A stretch of 57,151 nucleotides of DNA from an uncultured Syntrophaceae bacterium (lineage in GTDB: Bacteria > Desulfobacterota > Syntrophia > Syntrophales > UBA2210), in assembly GCA_964571315.1 (NCBI GenBank), contig CAZNBR010000002.1:1-57151 (forward strand), in the 5' to 3' direction. Below the pieces are notes generated by a model. That model did not search any database. It was not told the DNA's origin and saw only the letters and a list, made by a program, of their open reading frames with translations. Of the stretch, positions 50,704 through 57,151 are shown piece by piece. Position 1 is the stretch's first letter. Every line of letters begins with the position of its first letter. Made by a program: the position numbers and the translations under genes.

Positions 50704-53321
50704 AAACAAATCGAATTCTTATCGTGGACGATGACCCCAAAGTCAGGAAGATCCTCTCCGATATTCTCGGCGGCGGCGGGTATGAACCCGTAACGGCCGC
50801 TACCGGAAGGCAAGCCGGGGCCGTTCTTCAGGGGGAGACGCCCGGTATCGCCGTTGCTTTGGTTGACCTCAGGCTCGATGACATGCACGGTCTTAAGCTG
50901 ATAAAAGAGATCAAAAAGGTTTCGCCCGATACCGAATGCATCATACTCACCGGTCATGCGTCACAGGAGGCGGCCATCGAGGCGGTGAACCTGGGCGCCT
51001 ACGGTTTTGTCCAGAAGCCATACGAGATGGAGTCGTTGCTGCTGACCATCCGCAGGGCCTGTGACAAGCGAAGCGCCGAACTCGCGCTCCGCGAATCGGA
51101 GGAGAAATACCGCTCCCTGGCATCAACCGCCGACTTGATGTACCTCGTGGACAGGGATACCCGGTTCCTCTTTATGAACGAAGGATATCGGACACGGCAC
51201 GGCGTCGCGCTTGAAGATATCATCGGAAAAACCTACGGCGAGTTGCACTCCAAGGAAAAAGCGGACAGCTTTGCCCTGAAGGTGGGAAAAATATTCGAAA
51301 CGGGCAAGCCGATCCAGTATGAAAGCTACGGCAGGGATGGTCATTGTTTTCTCAAGACACTGAGCCCCGTCAAAGATCAAAACGGCAGGACACGGTCCGT
51401 AACCACGGTTTCAAAAGACATAACCTCACACAAGGAGGTTGAGGAGGCACTGCGGGAAAGCGAAGCACGGTACCGGAGCGTGTTTGAAAACACAAACAAG
51501 GCCACCGTGATTATTGAAGAGGACATGAGGATCTCTATGATGAACACCGCATTTGAGAAACTGAGCGGATATTCAAAGGAAGAAGTGGAAGGGACGATGC
51601 ATTGGACGGATTTTTTCGCCCCGGAAGAGATCGACAGAATGAAGGCATATCACGGCAAGAGGAGAAAAAAGAAAGGGGTTGCACCGACAGAATATGAGTT
51701 TTGCTTTGTTGATAAGGAGGGAAATACCAGGGATATATTTGTAACGGCGGGGATGATTACCGGGACAAACAGAAGCGTGTGCTCCCTGATGGACATCACC
51801 GAGAGCAAGCGCGCCGAGACAGCCCTGCGGGAAAGCGAGGAGCGGTACCGTGCGCTATTCGACAACAATCCGATTGAGACTATAATCGTGGACCGTGAGG
51901 CAAAAGTAACGGGATACAACCTCGCGAAGAAGCTGTCCGGCAACAGACTACCCACTATTAATAAGGATGTCATGTATAAGGATTATGCCGCGAAGCACAA
52001 AAACAATATGTTCGAGGAACTGAGTGAATGTATCAGATCGGGCATATCAAAGGAGTTCCTCGAACAGGAGTATGAGGATAAATTTCTTGACATAAAGATA
52101 GCTCCATTCTCCGAGGGAGCTATCATGACATCAATAGACGTCACCAACCGCAAGCGGGCGGAGGCGCACCGAAAAAATCTCGAATCCCAGCTTCAGCAGG
52201 CCCAGAAGATGAAGGCCATCGGCACGTTAGCCGGCGGTCTTGCCCACGACTTCAACAATCTTCTCATGGGCATTCAGGGGAATGCCTCGCTCATCCTTCT
52301 GGATATGGGCCCCTCACACCCCCATTACGAGAAGTTGAGAAATATTGAACAATATGTCCGGGACGGGGCGGAACTCACCGGGCAGCTCCTGGGTTTCGCC
52401 AGGGGAGGAAAATACGAGGTCAGACCGACTGACCTGAACAAACTTGGACAGAAGAGTTCCGACATGTTCGGCCGTACCAAAAAGGAGATAAAGATACACA
52501 AGAAATACCAGCAAGACATCTGGATGGTGGAGGCGGACCAGGGTCAGATAGAACAGACCCTTCTCAACATCTATGTCAATGCCTGGCAGGCCATGCCCGG
52601 TGGCGGTGAGATCTATCTTCAGACGGAGAATGTCATTCTCGATAAGGACTATCTGGAGCCCCATAACCTCGAACCCGGCAATTACGTAAAGATATCCATT
52701 ACAGACACCGGCACGGGAATGGATGCAGAAACGGCGAAGAGGGTGTTCGATCCCTTTTTCACCACCAAGGAGATGGGAAGGGGTACCGGGCTGGGGCTGG
52801 CCTCTGCTTACGGAATCATCAAAAACCACAACGGTATCATTAGTGTATACAGTGAAGAGGGCATCGGGACCACCTTCAATATATATCTGCCTGCACTGGG
52901 TGCGGCAGTCAGCGATCAGGGGTCGGTGATCAGGAGAGAACAGCCGCTGATGGGGCATGAGACGATCCTTCTTGTAGATGATGAGGAACTGATCATCGAT
53001 GTCGGCGGAGAGATACTGGAGTTCCTGGGCTACACGGTATTCCTCGCACGAAGCGGGAGAGAGGCCATTGCCATCTATAAAGAAAAACAGAACACGATCG
53101 ACCTGGTTATCCTGGATATGATTATGCCCGATATAGGAGGCGGAGAGGCTTACGATATCCTCAAAAAGATCAATCCCGACATAAAGGTTCTTCTGTCAAG
53201 CGGATACAGCATCAACGGCAAGGCGAGGGAGATACTGGAACAGGGCTGTGACGGTTTTATACAGAAGCCATTCAGCATAGAACAAATCTCGCAAAAAATA
53301 AGGGAGCTTCTAACAAAATAG
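50700..53321 (+). CDS. Hybrid sensor kinase: REC, three PAS domains, HisKA, HATPase, REC
   Basis: 873 aa. N-terminal REC (ILIVDDDP...ALVDLRLDDMHG). Three PAS repeats each introduced by LRESEE(K/R)YR. H-box LAGGLAHDFNNLL. HATPase DTGTGMD...GTGLGL. C-terminal REC (ILLVDDEE...LVILDMIMPDIGG). Confidence 0.9.
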   Translation: MKTNRILIVDDDPKVRKILSDILGGGGYEPVTAATGRQAGAVLQGETPGIAVALVDLRLDDMHGLKLIKEIKKVSPDTECIILTGHASQEAAIEAVNLGAYGFVQKPYEMESLLLTIRRACDKRSAELALRESEEKYRSLASTADLMYLVDRDTRFLFMNEGYRTRHGVALEDIIGKTYGELHSKEKADSFALKVGKIFETGKPIQYESYGRDGHCFLKTLSPVKDQNGRTRSVTTVSKDITSHKEVEEALRESEARYRSVFENTNKATVIIEEDMRISMMNTAFEKLSGYSKEEVEGTMHWTDFFAPEEIDRMKAYHGKRRKKKGVAPTEYEFCFVDKEGNTRDIFVTAGMITGTNRSVCSLMDITESKRAETALRESEERYRALFDNNPIETIIVDREAKVTGYNLAKKLSGNRLPTINKDVMYKDYAAKHKNNMFEELSECIRSGISKEFLEQEYEDKFLDIKIAPFSEGAIMTSIDVTNRKRAEAHRKNLESQLQQAQKMKAIGTLAGGLAHDFNNLLMGIQGNASLILLDMGPSHPHYEKLRNIEQYVRDGAELTGQLLGFARGGKYEVRPTDLNKLGQKSSDMFGRTKKEIKIHKKYQQDIWMVEADQGQIEQTLLNIYVNAWQAMPGGGEIYLQTENVILDKDYLEPHNLEPGNYVKISITDTGTGMDAETAKRVFDPFFTTKEMGRGTGLGLASAYGIIKNHNGIISVYSEEGIGTTFNIYLPALGAAVSDQGSVIRREQPLMGHETILLVDDEELIIDVGGEILEFLGYTVFLARSGREAIAIYKEKQNTIDLVILDMIMPDIGGGEAYDILKKINPDIKVLLSSGYSINGKAREILEQGCDGFIQKPFSIEQISQKIRELLTK

Positions 53322-53416
53322 GGGGCATTGCGCTTCCGAGATGTGGACCCTCTCGGTACACGCGGCAATTGTATCAAAAAGAAACAACCGAACGGAGGAT
53401 CTTGAAGGAATGGTGT

Positions 53417-55528
53417 CTATGTGTCTAATTCATGCCTGACAGCCCTTCCGATCTGTTCCAGCCCAAAAGGCTTCTTTATATAAGCCCCGACACCGAGGCT
53501 CTGGGCTTCTTTGACACGCTTTGTTTCGGAGAATCCGCTGGCAATGAGGGCCTTCTGGCCGGGATGGGTCTTGAGGATTCTCTTGTATGTCTCAAGCCCG
53601 TCCATACCGGGGTCCATGATCATATCAAGAAGCAGGAGATCGGCCGAACAGGTTTTCAGGTACTTGACCGCCTCCTCTCCGCTTGGGACGGACGAGACGG
53701 CATACCCAAGGCTGCCGAGCATGCCGGAGACGATCTCTCTCTGCTCCTCCATATCATCAACAATCAGAACCGTCTCCCCTTTTCCCCTGTACACTTCGAT
53801 GGGCACAAGGGTTTTACCCTTTTCCGTCTCTCTCCTGGTTACGGGGAAATATATGGTAATTGTCGTCCCCTTTCCCTCGGTACTCTGAATATCGATATAT
53901 CCGTTATGATCCTTTACAGTCCCCCACACGACCGCCATGCCCAGACCCGTCCCGCTCCTTCCCATGACCTTCTTCGTATAGAAAGGCTCAAAGACCCGTT
54001 TCCTTTCCTCCTGCGACATACCGGTCCCTTCGTCAGAAACCGTGAGAGTCGCATATTCCCCCTCGCTGACCGTATCGTACGCCGCCAGGGGTCGGTCGAC
54101 ATACCGGCTTCCGGTAGATATGGTAATCTTGCCGCTATCGGACATGGCCTCCGACGCGTTTGACAGTAAATTCATGACCGTCTTGGACAGGTGAACCGGG
54201 GAACCCACAATATCCGGCAGATTTTCTTCAAGACTGATCTCGAACTGTACATGGGGGTGGATGGATTGGATCTTTTCATGTTCGGGTGTCTTGAAGTGAT
54301 CGGATACGACATCGTTCAGGTTTACGACCTCCGCAACGGGGACCCCCCTCCTGGCCAGTGTCAGCAGATCCTGGACAATGGCCGCGGCCTTTTTCCCCGA
54401 TTTCTGAATGGTCAGCATAGGTTTTCTCAGCGGGCTGTCATCCGGGATCTGCATCAGCAGCAGATCGGGGTAGCTCACAAGACCTCCCAGGACGTTGTTC
54501 AGGTCATGCGCCACGCCTCCCGCAAGGGCGCCGATGGCTTCCATCTTCTGAGCCTGCCGGAGTTCGGACTCGAGTCTCTTTTTCTCCTCATCTTCCCTCT
54601 TCCGATGGGAAAGGTCTCGATTGTAAACCACATACCCGACAAACTTCCCCCCTTTATCATAAACCGCGCTCCCCTTCCTCGATACGGGGATAACGGTCCC
54701 ATCCTGACTGACAAGCTCTATCTCATCCTCAAACCAACCCCTCTCCTTCAGACTGCGCATCCTCTCTTCAAATAGGGCCTCGCTGCCATTCCAGAAAAAC
54801 TGCGTCGTGTGATTTCCGATGAGATCCTCATGGTTATACCCCAGCAACATCCCCTGGGTCTTATTGCAATCCACGATATTCCCCCGCGCGTCAAGGACCT
54901 CCACCCCGTCAGGTGCCGCTTCAAACAACATCTTATAATTTTTCTTCTTTTGAATGTTTTCGTTGATCTCCCGTATCATGTTGTACAGTTCTCGGCTCTC
55001 CAATGCATTAGAGCTGTTCAGGAGAATAATGGAAAGCATCGATAGAGATACGTCGGGAATGCTGTCCCCTCCTTCTTCCAGCAGGCCGACGAACATTCCC
55101 CGTATCCGGGAACTGGTAGTCATGACATGGAGAATAAAGCGGCGTTCGTGTTGTTTTGATGAAACGATAACAGGCCGTTTCTCTCTCAAGGCCCAGGCGA
55201 ATATTCCATCATCAATAAAGAAACCAACCTCTTTGTCGATATATGATTCGTAATGCGGGGGATCTGCCTTGGAGACGACAAATTCCTTGCTGTCTTCGTC
55301 CACGAGATAAAAAGCCATGGCCTTGAGTGGTATCAACGTGCGTATCCGCGACTTTGTTTCGTCCAGAATGACAGAGATGTCCTGCAGCTTACTGATACTT
55401 GTTTGAAAGTCTCCAAGAGAGGCCGCTATTTCCAGCGCGTCCAGCGTAAAGCGATTGACGTCTTCCAGATACCGGACCCGCTCTTCAAGGTATGACGTGT
55501 TTTGTTTTTTTTTGTTTTTAGTCTTCAT
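53417..55528 (-). CDS. Hybrid sensor kinase: GAF-like, PAS, HisKA, HATPase, REC
   Basis: 703 aa. H-box LAGGVAHDLNNVL. HATPase DEGTGMS...GTGLGM. C-terminal REC VLIVDDMEEQ...LLLLDMIMDPGMDG. Confidence 0.9.
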   Translation of the reverse strand: MKTKNKKKQNTSYLEERVRYLEDVNRFTLDALEIAASLGDFQTSISKLQDISVILDETKSRIRTLIPLKAMAFYLVDEDSKEFVVSKADPPHYESYIDKEVGFFIDDGIFAWALREKRPVIVSSKQHERRFILHVMTTSSRIRGMFVGLLEEGGDSIPDVSLSMLSIILLNSSNALESRELYNMIREINENIQKKKNYKMLFEAAPDGVEVLDARGNIVDCNKTQGMLLGYNHEDLIGNHTTQFFWNGSEALFEERMRSLKERGWFEDEIELVSQDGTVIPVSRKGSAVYDKGGKFVGYVVYNRDLSHRKREDEEKKRLESELRQAQKMEAIGALAGGVAHDLNNVLGGLVSYPDLLLMQIPDDSPLRKPMLTIQKSGKKAAAIVQDLLTLARRGVPVAEVVNLNDVVSDHFKTPEHEKIQSIHPHVQFEISLEENLPDIVGSPVHLSKTVMNLLSNASEAMSDSGKITISTGSRYVDRPLAAYDTVSEGEYATLTVSDEGTGMSQEERKRVFEPFYTKKVMGRSGTGLGMAVVWGTVKDHNGYIDIQSTEGKGTTITIYFPVTRRETEKGKTLVPIEVYRGKGETVLIVDDMEEQREIVSGMLGSLGYAVSSVPSGEEAVKYLKTCSADLLLLDMIMDPGMDGLETYKRILKTHPGQKALIASGFSETKRVKEAQSLGVGAYIKKPFGLEQIGRAVRHELDT

Positions 55529-56783
55529 CTGAATAGAAAAATTTAAATATCTCCTCGATGTGGCGATCCGCCTGTTTCATGATCACGTCCAGAACATTTA
55601 CCGACAGCCCTATACATTCCCAGGCACCCGAATCCAGCGGCGAGACAAAGCGTTCCCCGCTCGAACCGATTCCCATGGCATTTGCCATGATATCTGCCAG
55701 ATGCACAATGGAAGGTTCCAGGGGATAGCGGGATTTTTGCGGGTCATGATGATATTGAACGGCATGCTCCATCAGAACGGGCAATTTCCACCTCTTTAAA
55801 AGCAACCCGCCTGTCTCCGCATGGTCAAAATCCAGGTCTGCACATTCTATTTCGCGTACCATGCTCCGGGCGTGTTTCGCTTTCGTAAGGGCGTACACGG
55901 CGTGATCCGGTGCGTAATTGTACAGGATCAAACGGCCGATGTCGTGAAGCAGGCCGGAGAGAAACAGACGCTCCGTGTTTTGTATCCCCTGATAACTCGC
56001 GATAATCCTCGCATGGACACCACAGGAGACACTGTGCTTCCAGAACGATTTCATATCAATAATATCAGACGGAATGTCCCTGAACATGTTGATGATGGTC
56101 ACCCCGGAGGCTAACGTACTCAGCTGTCTTGTTCCGATGATGGCCACTGCCCGGGATACGCTGTCAATCTTGGATGGAAACCCGTAGAACGCACTGTTGA
56201 CGATTCTGAGAAGCCGCGCGGAGAGAGTGGTATCCTTGCTGATCACTCTGGCAATATCGTTTGCCGAGCTGCTGGGCTTGGCTATGGTTTCATTCATTTT
56301 CAAGAATATCATCGGCAGCGTCGGAAGCTCCAGGATATGACGCCGTATAAATTTATGAAAATCGATTTTATCGATCTCCACTGCCGTCATCTCATCCGAA
56401 TCCGTATCCTCCTCAGGGCGGTCACCACGTTCGGCATCCTCCTCGCGCCGTCTCTGCATCTCTTCTGCCTTACGGAGGGTACAGAGGCGGAACAGTTCCT
56501 GGGTAGCCGGATGATCAGTGCCGGAGTAACGGAAGCGCCTGCAGACTATCTTCTCGGCCATCTCCATCAGTGCGGGATCAATCTCACGTGTGGCGGTATC
56601 TTCCACGTCCTCCGCGGCTATGCCCTCGATGTTTGCCTCAATCACCCCCCACATCTTGAGCACTCTGATGTGTCGTGCCGTGAGACCTGCTCCGCTTGCC
56701 AGGAGAAACCGGCCCCTGGAATCTCTCAAATCTTCGGCCAACGCCATCCCGGGACTTATCTGATTAATCTTAACGAGACCCAT
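55518..56783 (-). CDS. HDOD-domain signalling protein with an N-terminal extension
   Basis: 421 aa. LPTLPMIFLKMNETIAKPSSSANDIARVISKDTTLSARLLRIVNSAFYGFPSKIDSVSRAVAIIG...LLHDIGRLIL...HAETGGLLLKRWKLP is the HDOD signature. Its end overlaps the downstream hybrid kinase. Confidence 0.85.
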   Translation of the reverse strand: MGLVKINQISPGMALAEDLRDSRGRFLLASGAGLTARHIRVLKMWGVIEANIEGIAAEDVEDTATREIDPALMEMAEKIVCRRFRYSGTDHPATQELFRLCTLRKAEEMQRRREEDAERGDRPEEDTDSDEMTAVEIDKIDFHKFIRRHILELPTLPMIFLKMNETIAKPSSSANDIARVISKDTTLSARLLRIVNSAFYGFPSKIDSVSRAVAIIGTRQLSTLASGVTIINMFRDIPSDIIDMKSFWKHSVSCGVHARIIASYQGIQNTERLFLSGLLHDIGRLILYNYAPDHAVYALTKAKHARSMVREIECADLDFDHAETGGLLLKRWKLPVLMEHAVQYHHDPQKSRYPLEPSIVHLADIMANAMGIGSSGERFVSPLDSGAWECIGLSVNVLDVIMKQADRHIEEIFKFFYSDED

Positions 56784-56885
56784 GTATTACCGAAATCCCC
56801 CTTGCGCATACCCCGCGTGATGATTTAAAATACCTGTGTAACCCCTCACATCTCTCCTCCCTTGATGGACAGCATACGTATGGTT

Positions 56886-56913
56886 TCATCGGTATTCTTA
56901 TCGATAAACTTAA
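56886..56913 (-). promoter_or_regulatory. Weak sigma28-like element upstream of the HDOD operon
   Basis: Minus strand reads TTAAGTTT-atcgataagaat-ACCGATGA (N12, three mismatches), about 100 nt upstream of ATG 56783. Confidence 0.25.
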
Positions 56914-57151
56914 GGATTTTTGATCTTCGGCAACCCTTTGTCCGATAATTATGAAACAACTCACTGGTCTTCGCATTGGTACGTGGTCGTCTTGCTATCG
57001 TATATGTATCTTGATTCCGAAGTGTTAGATTCTGAATACGCCTTTCCGCTGAGAGATTATAGTGGGGTTCCTCTTGTGTGTCAACGAGAGAAACAAGAGC
57101 GAATTGCCTCATATTAAATGTTACCGAAGGGGGTGAATAAAAAGGATCGTT

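Noticed and set aside
49864-50709. 281-aa minus-strand ORF, plus the similar 898..1557, 15774..16490, 18765..19502, 19954..20667, 21635..22435, 41921..42556, 52314..52958 and 53432..54163 ORFs
   Set aside because: All are long shadow ORFs opposite genes with unambiguous domain signatures (response regulator, FliI, FliD, flagellin, TPR-GT2, the two GT9-like genes at 21248-22795 and 41873-43525, and the two hybrid histidine kinases). None has a recognisable motif.
56784-57151. Short ORFs (88 aa minus, 65 aa plus) in the AT-rich right-hand edge
   Set aside because: The reading frames conflict with each other, and there are no SD sequences or motifs. The region is more likely promoter/leader DNA for the HDOD operon and for a gene beyond the window.
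1-57151. Mobile elements, CRISPR arrays, tRNA/rRNA genes, and toxin-antitoxin or phage-defence modules
   Set aside because: No transposase, integrase or recombinase motifs appear in any of the listed ORF translations. I saw no direct-repeat/spacer arrays and no cloverleaf-like or rRNA-like sequence when reading the intergenic regions. The AT-rich island has no visible flanking repeats.

Overview
The window is a 57-kb bacterial motility locus, and almost all of it is coded on the minus strand. I saw no rRNA, tRNA, CRISPR array, transposase or integrase. In minus-strand transcription order, from high to low coordinates, it contains:
- An HDOD protein plus hybrid histidine kinase operon, convergent with a plus-strand two-component cluster (PAS kinase, tandem-REC regulator, REC-PAS3 hybrid kinase).
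- A soluble lytic transglycosylase, divergent from a small YaaR/DUF327-like ORF.
- A high-GC glycosyltransferase operon: GT9-like, gene remnant, CgeB-like, GT9-like.
- A roughly 22-kb block of 22 tightly packed genes that looks like a pseudaminic-acid type flagellin glycosylation island. It holds PseB, PseC, a PseG/PseH/formyltransferase fusion, PseI, an SpsF-like cytidylyltransferase, many tailoring enzymes, Maf, TPR-GT2 proteins and another GT9. It ends directly upstream of the flagellin gene.
- fliC, then a giant fliD, fliS, an unknown ORF and flaG.
- A plus-strand c-di-GMP module: a small ORF, an HD-GYP phosphodiesterase and a PilZ protein.
- An 842-aa SPOR+TPR protein and a sigma54 enhancer-binding response regulator.
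- The basal-body operon flgB-flgC-fliE-fliF-fliG-fliH-fliI-fliJ, with fliJ running off the left edge.

Reading the intergenic DNA by eye gave a consistent set of sigma54 (TGGYAY-N5-TTGCW) and sigma28 (TAAAGTTT-N11/12-[G/T]CCGATAW) promoter-like motifs in front of nearly every transcription unit. These include the glycosylation island, the SPOR-TPR gene, the PilZ gene and the DUF327-like ORF.

The most unusual items are:
- A MerR-HTH::PseB fusion.
- A PseG::GNAT::formyltransferase triple fusion.
- Three heptosyltransferase-like (GT9) paralogs with extra domains in a flagellin-glycosylation context.
- A stand-alone Maf N-terminal paralog.
- A 1141-aa FliD with three internal repeat modules.
- A repeat-rich flgB leader.

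All functional calls rest on motif recognition in the supplied translations. No database search was run.
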